Positions 9,622 to 18,903 of a stretch of 64,000 nt of DNA are shown in pieces; positions within the stretch are counted from its first letter, which is position 1, and every line of letters begins with the position of its first letter. The translations under genes were made by a program, and so were the position numbers. Source of the stretch: Eledone cirrhosa (lineage: Eukaryota); NCBI GenBank assembly GCA_964016885.1, contig OZ024741.1, forward strand, positions 359,972,001-360,036,000, read 5' to 3'. Below the pieces are notes generated by a model. The model had not been told where the DNA came from and did no database searches. It saw nothing but the letters and a program-made list of their open reading frames with translations.

Positions 9622-12600
9622 CTACAGGATGGTATACAGAGAAGGCCCATTTACACGAGCCATTCTCGCCACTATCACCCACCTTTCATAAAACTGCCTG
9701 TGGCCAAGCACCTCTCTCTCCATTCTTATCCTTCTTCCGAAGTGATATCGGAAGAAGTAGACCAGACTATGGCCAGAGAGGAAGTTGCCTGACCTCAGAC
9801 CTTTCAATCGTGTCCACCAAACAACCTCTTTCAACATGGCTATTACGCACAGAAAAACCGCCTTTGCTTCCTTTGTGAAGAGGGGAGGCGGTTTGATTGT
9901 CATCACGGACTCGGCGGTCAATTTAATCGGCGCCACCCGCGACAGCAGTTGTTCGGCGTAGCCCCACAGATCAGCCACGCCCGGACATTGCACCAATGCG
10001 TGCGCCACGGTTTCTTCGTGACGCACGCATCTAGGGCAAATCTTTTTTGAGGGATCCCTGCCCGGGCGCCCGTGTCTGTAGAGCCTCTCTCGAACGGGTA
10101 GAGCCCCTCGGTAGCACTGCCAGGCCAGTGACTTCTGGAAGTTGTCCATTGGTCCTGGGCCGAAAGTCCTACCGAACAGGCTGGCCAGTTCGTCTTCTTC
10201 CATGTCCAGCGACTCTCCAAGGGTGTCATCGCCCCTGCTAGCCACCAGCCCTCTATAGAATGATGAGGTGGATTCTCCACCGATGGCCCGGCCCGCTTGC
10301 CAGAGAGCCCTGAACGCCTGAGCACACTCAGTGTGCCAGTCTCCCAGTTTTCCGGATCTTTGCTTGACCCAGGACTGTAGCTCGGTGAGTGAGACGAGTC
10401 TCGGAAAGGCTCGTTTCACGAACGGAGCCCACACCGGTTGACCAGTGAGGAATACCTGTAGGTGCCGTAGCCTTAATGCGTGCCTACGCATCATCAACCA
10501 CGGCATCCCCAGCCCTCCTTTCGAAGGTTGTTGGCAGCAGATGGATCTTCTCACCATAGGAGGACGCTTCTTCCAAAGAAATTGGAAGAGCATGCGTTCC
10601 ATGGTGGTGAGTGTTTCCTTAGGGCAAGGCACGACAGTCAGGCGGTAGTAAGTGACGGACGCTATGTAAATGTTCGCCACCTCCGCCCGGCCTTTTAGGG
10701 ACAGCTTACACTTGGCCCATTTCTGGGTTAGTGCAAACACCTTGTTCGTAACCTCGTTCCAGTTCTTTTCCACCTGGAGGTCCGGTCCAAACCAGACCCC
10801 AAGCAACTTTACCGGGCCCTCCGTCCAGTGTCCGACGACACCATCGGGAGGCATCGGTCTGCCTCTCCACGTTCCGAGTTGCAGCCCGATGGATTTTTCC
10901 CGGTTCAGTTTCGCTCCTGACAACCTTTCGTACTCCTCCAGTAAGGTACCGATCGCCTCGATCTCCGAGTCGGTTGATACCATTACTGTTACGTCATCGG
11001 CGTAGGCCGACACCGCTTTGCTCAATCCTGGTTCCAGGGGGATACCCTGCAACAACTCCAACTTCCTCAGTAAAGGCTCGAGAGTCAATACGTACAGAAG
11101 GGAGGAGAGAGGGCACCCCTGTCGAATGGATCGTGTGATTTCGAACGGCTTCGAAAGGTAGCCGTTCACCTTGATCCTAGAACAGATGTGGTTGCTATGT
11201 AGGGCAGTGATCCAGCCTCTGAAAACAGGACCGAACCCAGCCGCCGCTAGCACCGCATCCAGGTAACCATGGTCGACCCTATCGAAGGCCTTAGACTGAT
11301 CCAAGTTGATCAGGGCCCCACCGAAGCCGGGTTTGTTGCCAACCCTCTCTATGATGTATCGCATGAGGTGGAGGTTATCGTGAATGGACCTGGATGGGAT
11401 AGCACATGTCTGCGCATCTCCCACCAGGCCACCCACGACAAGCGCCAACCTCTTTGCTAACACCTTGGCCAAAATCTTTAACTCTGTGTTTAGCAGGGTT
11501 ATGGGCCGAAAATTATTTATACTATCCCCCTTGTTCTCGTCCTTCCTCACCAGCGTGACTACGCCCTTGGCTACAGAACAAGGAATTCTCCCGTTCTGCT
11601 GCCAATTGCAGTAGACCGCTTCGAGGAGTTCGGAGAAGAAGACCGGCATTGCTAAATAAAGTTCGTAAGGTATACCATCGAGACCTGGAGATTTGCGTCT
11701 GCTGCATTGGCTCAGCGCATCTCCGATCTCATCAGCCGAGATTGGTCCCTCGCAGGACTCCGCCTCTTTGTTCGAGAGACGCGGCAGGCCGTCGAGGTAT
11801 GGACCGAAATCCACGCCCCGGCCCGGACCCTCGCCTCCCCCGAACAATCGGGCAAAGTGCTTTTGAAAGGCCTCGCACATCTGCTTAGGCTCCCGGATCA
11901 CTCGTCCATCTTCGTCTTGCAACGACCGGATGGTGGATCGATTTCCACTTTTAGCTTCTGTCACGCGGGCCCATCCAACGGCTTTGGCCCCCTCATTACC
12001 TAGAGCACGTATTTTACTTCGAATGACGCAGCCTTCATGCTTTGCATCGAAAAACTGGTTCAAGGCCGTCCTCGATGCCAGCACTCTGGCCACATCTTCG
12101 CTCTTGATTGCCTCTTCTAATTTACCTGTTAATTCTTTCTCGTTTCTATTCCTATTGGCAGCTAACATCTTGCTATAACTTATTGATTCTGTTCTAATCT
12201 CTCTTTTGAGAGATGCCCACCATCGGTTGTTGACGATTGCACCCGTCAACCTCTCCTTAACTAATCTGCTAATCCGGTTTCTGTAAGTCTCTTTTGCCGG
12301 TAAAGACAAATTAAGTTTCCAGTAACCGGGACCCTGTCTATGTGTTTTCTCGAGATTGACCACGCAGGTCACTAATTTGTGATCCGTGTAGCCAACCGTG
12401 CGCATTTCTGGACAGCTTAATATGTCCCTATCCTTACTTCTAACTAAGAATCTATCTAAGTACGATCTAGATTGACCACTGTGGTTTCTCCAAGTCCAGG
12501 TAGGCACAGTTGGAAAATCTAGTCGATATCTATCGACCAAGTTAAAACGGTCGAGTAACCCCTTGAGGCTGTTACACCCCCCTCTATTAGGACATGCTCC

Positions 12601-13059
12601 TGCATAGTCCCAACGTGCATCTAGGATGTCATTCCAATCCCCCGCTAGAAGCAGGGAACGCGACGTTCCCAGAAAAGTCTCCAAACGCTGGAAGAAGTCG
12701 GGCCGTTCAGCTCCGAAAGGGGAGTAGACGGCGACCAGTCTCAAGGCCGCACTTTCACTACTGCCAACGTCTAGCACCAACAAACGACCCTCCGGGTCCG
12801 AGTGCACAACCTGTACGGCAAGACCCAGGTGTTTTTGCAGCAGCACGACAACCCCACCCCCACCTCCAGGTTGACAGAGAGATGCATGCACCTCAAAGTC
12901 ATCGAAGGTGGGGGCCAGCTGCCGCATGACGCTGATTCGAGTCTCACAGATAACCATTACATTTATACTACATGACCTGAGGTCATTTAGAAGCTTTGCT
13001 TGCTTCCAAGTTGAGCCCAGGCCACGTGCATTCAAACATCCTACTCTTAACACATCCAT
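9622..13059 (-). CDS. ORF2: APE endonuclease, reverse transcriptase and C-terminal Cys/His knuckle (intact, 1145 aa)
   Basis: LNARG, ICET, AGDWN, SYLDRF, TDHK; GPGYWKLN; KSPGLDG, FRPITLLN, LDQSKAFD, IRQGCPLS, AYADD; CPRC...ETVAHALVQC. The L1/Tx1-type layout includes KxSLKGR and GGLGMP. Confidence 0.95.
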   Translation of the reverse strand: MDVLRVGCLNARGLGSTWKQAKLLNDLRSCSINVMVICETRISVMRQLAPTFDDFEVHASLCQPGGGGGVVVLLQKHLGLAVQVVHSDPEGRLLVLDVGSSESAALRLVAVYSPFGAERPDFFQRLETFLGTSRSLLLAGDWNDILDARWDYAGACPNRGGCNSLKGLLDRFNLVDRYRLDFPTVPTWTWRNHSGQSRSYLDRFLVRSKDRDILSCPEMRTVGYTDHKLVTCVVNLEKTHRQGPGYWKLNLSLPAKETYRNRISRLVKERLTGAIVNNRWWASLKREIRTESISYSKMLAANRNRNEKELTGKLEEAIKSEDVARVLASRTALNQFFDAKHEGCVIRSKIRALGNEGAKAVGWARVTEAKSGNRSTIRSLQDEDGRVIREPKQMCEAFQKHFARLFGGGEGPGRGVDFGPYLDGLPRLSNKEAESCEGPISADEIGDALSQCSRRKSPGLDGIPYELYLAMPVFFSELLEAVYCNWQQNGRIPCSVAKGVVTLVRKDENKGDSINNFRPITLLNTELKILAKVLAKRLALVVGGLVGDAQTCAIPSRSIHDNLHLMRYIIERVGNKPGFGGALINLDQSKAFDRVDHGYLDAVLAAAGFGPVFRGWITALHSNHICSRIKVNGYLSKPFEITRSIRQGCPLSSLLYVLTLEPLLRKLELLQGIPLEPGLSKAVSAYADDVTVMVSTDSEIEAIGTLLEEYERLSGAKLNREKSIGLQLGTWRGRPMPPDGVVGHWTEGPVKLLGVWFGPDLQVEKNWNEVTNKVFALTQKWAKCKLSLKGRAEVANIYIASVTYYRLTVVPCPKETLTTMERMLFQFLWKKRPPMVRRSICCQQPSKGGLGMPWLMMRRHALRLRHLQVFLTGQPVWAPFVKRAFPRLVSLTELQSWVKQRSGKLGDWHTECAQAFRALWQAGRAIGGESTSSFYRGLVASRGDDTLGESLDMEEDELASLFGRTFGPGPMDNFQKSLAWQCYRGALPVRERLYRHGRPGRDPSKKICPRCVRHEETVAHALVQCPGVADLWGYAEQLLSRVAPIKLTAESVMTIKPPPLFTKEAKAVFLCVIAMLKEVVWWTRLKGLRSGNFLSGHSLVYFFRYHFGRRIRMEREVLGHRQFYERWVIVARMARVNGPSLYTIL

Positions 13060-13092
13060 GTGGGCGGCAGAGCCAAAGGAGAGTGTAGAGAC

Positions 13093-14817
13093 CTACCTTT
13101 CCGCTTCCCGGGGTTCGGGTTGCACGACTTCCATGGGGTCGGGGGTGTTGGGTGAAGGGGTGTCTTGTGGTGGTGTGGGGTCGTCGGTGTGTGGTGGGGG
13201 TGGGGTGTTTGGAGTTGTGTTGGGGAGGGGAAGGGGAGGGGGAAAGCTTTTTAGTAGGACGCGGTTTATGGGTTTGACAGAGGGTGGTCCTACGTCCTCC
13301 TTAAAATCCTTTTTTAGTTTTTGGTAGAGGTTCATTGGGATTTTTATTAGTTTTAAATGTGGGTGGTTTTCTGATGAAACAAAGTTTACACCTTCGGTTT
13401 GTACCGAAGGATTATTGTATATGAGTTCATTTAATTTATTATTGTTTCTGTTGATGTAAGTATAGTGTAATGTCTTTTTTTCCGATGGTGTGAGTGTTTC
13501 GAAGAGGGGAGGGGCAGGTTTGGTTTTGTTTGTTGCTGGAGGGGTGTTTTCTGTTTTGTTAGATTGTGTTGCGATTTGGGTGGGGGTTGTTTGTCCTTGT
13601 GTGTTTTGCACATGTTTTCTTTTTTTCCTTTTAATCTGTCTGAAGGACTCCGTTTCTTCCTCCGAATTCGTTGGGTTATCTTCAGTGTTGGAGGGAAGAG
13701 GTATGTTTGCTGGTAATGTTTCCGTGTTGGTTTTCTTTGTGGGGGAGATGGATGTCACTATGTTAGACTGTGTTGTGTGTTGTGTCTGCGGTGGTTGTGT
13801 TGTTTTATTGAGTGAGAGGTTGGGTGGGCCTGTATTTTGTTTTGGGGTAATGTGTTGTGACTGTTTGTGTTGTGGTGGTGTTGTGGTGTTACTGAGGGAC
13901 GGGTTGGGTGGGACTGAGTTTTGTTGTTTGTTTATCTGTTGTGGTGGTGGTGGTGGAGCTGGTGTTGGTAGCAGGGTTTTCTTTTTGTTGAGTTGGGGAC
14001 AAGCGGCCTTCAGGTGCCCTCTGCCTGCACAGATATGGCAGGACGGCCTTCTCCCCTCCACGCTAATGTTTATATACCCGTGGTCCTCTAATAGGATTCT
14101 GTCGGGTATTTGGGCGATGCGTTCAGGCTTCATTTGTACTACCAGCTCTATACCTGTTCCACTGAACGCATTGCCTGTGGTTTTCCCAATGGAAATCACG
14201 TTGTCATTCACTGGATCGATGAAGCCAGCTATGAGCCAGCAGTAGTCCACATCTGGCATCATTGCATCCAGCCATATGCGTTGAGTTTTTTTCCCCATAT
14301 AAGATGGATAAAAGGTGAAATTTTTCGAACGAATCGGTGACAAAGCACATTTTTTTGCCGCCGATTCGTTCTTCATGATAATTGCTAGGCTTCCATACAG
14401 TCTGTCTTTTCTTATGAAAGTTGTTTCATTCAGTACTTCTGCGAGTACTGTTTTGATATCTGCTTGAGAAGGCTGTTCAGGTTTTTTTGTACTGTTGTTG
14501 ATGGTCCGAAACTTGACCGTTCGGCTTTCAATGTCTTTCGTGAATTCTTGAGGCATTTTTACCAATAAAATACCATTCTCACCTTCACTTATGTATTGTT
14601 TTGCGTCCGTGATCCTTCGTACCACATCTGAAATGTTTTCCGCTATATAAGTCAAAGATTTCTTTGTTTTCTGTGCAAATGAAATCTTGTCGTCTGCTTT
14701 GTTTTCTGATATTATGTTATTTTCAACTGTTATTTTTTTGTTTGTTGTGTCTTTGTTTGTGTTATTAGTATTGTCATGCAATTTTTCAAATTTTTTTTTC
14801 TTCGTTGTTTTCGTCAT
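13093..14817 (-). CDS. ORF1 of Tx1-A (CCHC zinc knuckle, Pro/Thr/Asn-rich tail); may really start at 14971
   Basis: CHICAGRGHLKAAC knuckle; lies upstream of ORF2. Confidence 0.88.
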   Translation of the reverse strand: MTKTTKKKKFEKLHDNTNNTNKDTTNKKITVENNIISENKADDKISFAQKTKKSLTYIAENISDVVRRITDAKQYISEGENGILLVKMPQEFTKDIESRTVKFRTINNSTKKPEQPSQADIKTVLAEVLNETTFIRKDRLYGSLAIIMKNESAAKKCALSPIRSKNFTFYPSYMGKKTQRIWLDAMMPDVDYCWLIAGFIDPVNDNVISIGKTTGNAFSGTGIELVVQMKPERIAQIPDRILLEDHGYINISVEGRRPSCHICAGRGHLKAACPQLNKKKTLLPTPAPPPPPQQINKQQNSVPPNPSLSNTTTPPQHKQSQHITPKQNTGPPNLSLNKTTQPPQTQHTTQSNIVTSISPTKKTNTETLPANIPLPSNTEDNPTNSEEETESFRQIKRKKRKHVQNTQGQTTPTQIATQSNKTENTPPATNKTKPAPPLFETLTPSEKKTLHYTYINRNNNKLNELIYNNPSVQTEGVNFVSSENHPHLKLIKIPMNLYQKLKKDFKEDVGPPSVKPINRVLLKSFPPPLPLPNTTPNTPPPPHTDDPTPPQDTPSPNTPDPMEVVQPEPREAER

Positions 14818-15432
14818 TTAATTTTTTCTCCGCAGATTCGTCCGTTTTTATTTTCATTTTTCCTTCCTTCTCTATGACGTTAGTTGGGAAGGAAGGGAGG
14901 ACTAAAGCGTGCGAGCTTACAACTCTTACCGCTGTCCCCCCACCACTATTTTCGTTCGCTGCGTTTAACATTTCTGTTAGACGATTGAAATTTTTTACAC
15001 AAATTTTTTTTTTAAAACAGGTTTTTCACCTCTAGGAGGGGTAAAGATGAGCTGACCCACCGCCTGACAGTTCAGACGGAGGGTCAAGCTACACAATTGT
15101 ATCAAAATTAAGTTTGAACTCACAAAATTTCCTCAATAAATTTGAACAAAACTTCTGTGCGAAGTGAATGACATCCACACTGTAGAACAGACGACAGCTA
15201 GATTCGATATAGATAGATTTCTTTATTTACCATAAAGGCATAAAAAGAAGGGACAAATACAAAGGGGGAGTTTACATATAATCGAGTAAAAAGGGTGTAA
15301 CATGAAAATAATCGAAAATAACCTCAAAAGGGAGGGGACGTGATGGGGGTTGCACACACCCCCGAAAAAGTGTGCAATCCTTTGCCCGGGGAGCACATGG
15401 AGAAGGTGCTCCCCTCTCCTTTACTTCTTTAC

Positions 15433-18400
15433 CTACAGGATGGTATACAGAGAAGGCCCATTTACACGAGCCATTCTCGCCACTATCACCCACCTTTCAT
15501 AAAACTGCCTGTGGCCAAGCACCTCTCTCTCCATTCTTATCCTTCTTCCGAAGTGATATCGGAAGAAGTAGACCAGACTATGGCCAGAGAGGAAGTTGCC
15601 TGACCTCAGACCTTTCAATCGTGTCCACCAAACAACCTCTTTCAACATGGCTATTACGCACAGAAAAACCGCCTTTGCTTCCTTTGTGAAGAGGGGAGGC
15701 GGTTTGATTGTCATCACGGACTCGGCCGTCAATTTAATCGGCGCCACCCGCGACAGCAGTTGTTCGGCGTAGCCCCACAGATCAGCCACGCCCGGACATT
15801 GCACCAATGCGTGCGCCACGGTTTCTTCGTGACGCACGCATCTAGGGCAAATCTTTTTTGAGGGATCCCTGCCCGGGCGCCCGTGTCTGTAGAGCCTCTC
15901 TCGAACGGGTAGAGCCCCTCGGTAGCACTGCCAGGCCAGTGACTTCTGGAAGTTGTCCATTGGTCCTGGGCCGAAAGTCCTACCGAACAGGCTGGCCAGT
16001 TCGTCTTCTTCCATGTCCAGCGACTCTCCAAGGGTGTCATCGCCCCTGCTAGCCACCAGCCCTCTATAGAATGATGAGGTGGATTCTCCACCGATGGCCC
16101 GGCCCGCTTGCCAGAGAGCCCTGAGCGCCTGAGCACACTCAGTGTGCCAGTCTCCCAGTTTTCCGGATCTTTGCTTGACCCAGGACTGTAGCTCGGTGAG
16201 TGAGACGAGTCTCGGAAAGGCTCGTTTCACGAACGGAGCCCACACCGGTTGACCAGTGAGGAATACCTGTAGGTGCCGTAGCCTTAATGCGTGCCTACGC
16301 ATCATCAACCACGGCATCCCCAGCCCTCCTTTCGAAGGTTGTTGGCAGCAGATGGATCTTCTCACCATAGGAGGACGCTTCTTCCAAAGAAATTGGAAGA
16401 GCATGCGTTCCATGGTGGTGAGTGTTTCCTTAGGGCAAGGCACGACAGTCAGGCGGTAGTAAGTGACGGACGCTATGTAAATGTTCGCCACCTCCGCCCG
16501 GCCTTTTAGGGACAGCTTACACTTGGCCCATTTCTGGGTTAGTGCAAACACCTTGTTCGTAACCTCGTTCCAGTTCTTTTCCACCTGGAGGTCCGGTCCA
16601 AACCAGACCCCAAGCAACTTTACCGGGCCCTCCGTCCAGTGTCCGACGACACCATCGGGAGGCATCGGTCTGCCTCTCCACGTTCCGAGTTGCAGCCCGA
16701 TGGATTTTTCCCGGTTCAGTTTCGCTCCTGACAACCTTTCGTACTCCTCCAGTAAGGTACCGATCGCCTCGATCTCCGAGTCGGTTGATACCATTACTGT
16801 TACGTCATCGGCGTAGGCCGACACCGCTTTGCTCAATCCTGGTTCCAGGGGGATACCCTGCAACAACTCCAACTTCCTCAGTAAAGGCTCGAGAGTCAAT
16901 ACGTACAGAAGGGAGGAGAGAGGGCACCCCTGTCGAATGGATCGTGTGATTTCGAACGGCTTCGAAAGGTAGCCGTTCACCTTGATCCTAGAACAGATGT
17001 GGTTGCTATGTAGGGCAGTGATCCAGCCTCTGAAAACAGGACCGAACCCAGCCGCCGCTAGCACCGCATCCAGGTAACCATGGTCGACCCTATCGAAGGC
17101 CTTAGACTGATCCAAGTTGATCAGGGCCCCACCGAAGCCGGGTTTGTTGCCAACCCTCTCTATGATGTATCGCATGAGGTGGAGGTTATCGTGAATGGAC
17201 CTGGATGGGATAGCACATGTCTGCGCATCTCCCACCAGGCCACCCACGACAAGCGCCAACCTCTTTGCTAACACCTTGGCCAAAATCTTTAACTCTGTGT
17301 TTAGCAGGGTTATGGGCCGAAAATTATTTATACTATCCCCCTTGTTCTCGTCCTTCCTCACCAGCGTGACTACGCCCTTGGCTACAGAACAAGGAATTCT
17401 CCCGTTCTGCTGCCAATTGCAGTAGACCGCTTCGAGGAGTTCGGAGAAGAAGACCGGCATTGCTAAATAAAGTTCGTAAGGTATACCATCGAGACCTGGA
17501 GATTTGCGTCTGCTGCATTGGCTCAGCGCATCTCCGATCTCATCAGCCGAGATTGGTCCCTCGCAGGACTCCGCCTCTTTGTTCGAGAGACGCGGCAGGC
17601 CGTCGAGGTATGGACCGAAATCCACGCCCCGGCCCGGACCCTCGCCTCCCCCGAACAATCGGGCAAAGTGCTTTTGAAAGGCCTCGCACATCTGCTTAGG
17701 CTCCCGGATCACTCGTCCATCTTCGTCTTGCAACGACCGGATGGTGGATCGATTTCCACTTTTAGCTTCTGTCACGCGGGCCCATCCAACGGCTTTGGCC
17801 CCCTCATTACCTAGAGCACGTATTTTACTTCGAATGACGCAGCCTTCATGCTTTGCATCGAAAAACTGGTTCAAGGCCGTCCTCGATGCCAGCACTCTGG
17901 CCACATCTTCGCTCTTGATTGCCTCTTCTAATTTACCTGTTAATTCTTTCTCGTTTCTATTCCTATTGGCAGCTAACATCTTGCTATAACTTATTGATTC
18001 TGTTCTAATCTCTCTTTTGAGAGATGCCCACCATCGGTTGTTGACGATTGCACCCGTCAACCTCTCCTTAACTAATCTGCTAATCCGGTTTCTGTAAGTC
18101 TCTTTTGCCGGTAAAGACAAATTAAGTTTCCAGTAACCGGGACCCTGTCTATGTGTTTTCTCGAGATTGACCACGCAGGTCACTAATTTGTGATCCGTGT
18201 AGCCAACCGTGCGCATTTCTGGACAGCTTAATATGTCCCTATCCTTACTTCTAACTAAGAATCTATCTAAGTACGATCTAGATTGACCACTGTGGTTTCT
18301 CCAAGTCCAGGTAGGCACAGTTGGAAAATCTAGTCGATATCTATCGACCAAGTTAAAACGGTCGAGTAACCCCTTGAGGCTGTTACACCCCCCTCTATTA

Positions 18401-18870
18401 GGACATGCTCCTGCATAGTCCCAACGTGCATCTAGGATGTCATTCCAATCCCCCGCTAGAAGCAGGGAACGCGACGTTCCCAGAAAAGTCTCCAAACGCT
18501 GGAAGAAGTCGGGCCGTTCAGCTCCGAAAGGGGAGTAGACGGCGACCAGTCTCAAGGCCGCACTTTCACTACTGCCAACGTCTAGCACCAACAAACGACC
18601 CTCCGGGTCCGAGTGCACAACCTGTACGGCAAGACCCAGGTGTTTTTGCATCAGCACGACAACCCCACCCCCACCTCCAGGTTGACAGAGAGATGCATGC
18701 ACCTCAAAGTCATCGAAGGTGGGGGCCAGCTGCCGCATGACGCTGATTCGAGTCTCACAGATAACCATTACATTTATACTACATGACCTGAGGTCATTTA
18801 GAAGCTTTGCTTGCTTCCAAGTTGAGCCCAGGCCACGTGCATTCAAACATCCTACTCTTAACACATCCAT
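15433..18870 (-). CDS. ORF2 (APE-RT) of Tx1-A copy 2, intact
   Basis: 1145 aa; differs from copy 1 by L>M (VVVLMQK) and F>L (AQALRAL). Confidence 0.95.
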   Translation of the reverse strand: MDVLRVGCLNARGLGSTWKQAKLLNDLRSCSINVMVICETRISVMRQLAPTFDDFEVHASLCQPGGGGGVVVLMQKHLGLAVQVVHSDPEGRLLVLDVGSSESAALRLVAVYSPFGAERPDFFQRLETFLGTSRSLLLAGDWNDILDARWDYAGACPNRGGCNSLKGLLDRFNLVDRYRLDFPTVPTWTWRNHSGQSRSYLDRFLVRSKDRDILSCPEMRTVGYTDHKLVTCVVNLEKTHRQGPGYWKLNLSLPAKETYRNRISRLVKERLTGAIVNNRWWASLKREIRTESISYSKMLAANRNRNEKELTGKLEEAIKSEDVARVLASRTALNQFFDAKHEGCVIRSKIRALGNEGAKAVGWARVTEAKSGNRSTIRSLQDEDGRVIREPKQMCEAFQKHFARLFGGGEGPGRGVDFGPYLDGLPRLSNKEAESCEGPISADEIGDALSQCSRRKSPGLDGIPYELYLAMPVFFSELLEAVYCNWQQNGRIPCSVAKGVVTLVRKDENKGDSINNFRPITLLNTELKILAKVLAKRLALVVGGLVGDAQTCAIPSRSIHDNLHLMRYIIERVGNKPGFGGALINLDQSKAFDRVDHGYLDAVLAAAGFGPVFRGWITALHSNHICSRIKVNGYLSKPFEITRSIRQGCPLSSLLYVLTLEPLLRKLELLQGIPLEPGLSKAVSAYADDVTVMVSTDSEIEAIGTLLEEYERLSGAKLNREKSIGLQLGTWRGRPMPPDGVVGHWTEGPVKLLGVWFGPDLQVEKNWNEVTNKVFALTQKWAKCKLSLKGRAEVANIYIASVTYYRLTVVPCPKETLTTMERMLFQFLWKKRPPMVRRSICCQQPSKGGLGMPWLMMRRHALRLRHLQVFLTGQPVWAPFVKRAFPRLVSLTELQSWVKQRSGKLGDWHTECAQALRALWQAGRAIGGESTSSFYRGLVASRGDDTLGESLDMEEDELASLFGRTFGPGPMDNFQKSLAWQCYRGALPVRERLYRHGRPGRDPSKKICPRCVRHEETVAHALVQCPGVADLWGYAEQLLSRVAPIKLTAESVMTIKPPPLFTKEAKAVFLCVIAMLKEVVWWTRLKGLRSGNFLSGHSLVYFFRYHFGRRIRMEREVLGHRQFYERWVIVARMARVNGPSLYTIL

Positions 18871-18903
18871 GTGGGCGGCAGAGCCAAAGGAGAGTGTAGA
18901 GAC

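Larger units (their letters stand above)
9407..15208 (-). mobile_element. Full-length Tx1-clade non-LTR retrotransposon, family A, copy 1
   Basis: 5'UTR, ORF1, ORF2 and a 3'UTR ending GGTAAATAAAGAAA followed by (TCTA)n. Confidence 0.93.

Noticed and set aside
13490-14245. 251-aa Cys/Val/Gly-rich antisense ORF (also 19301-20056)
   Set aside because: It is the shadow of the A/C-rich low-complexity ORF1 strand and has no domain motifs.
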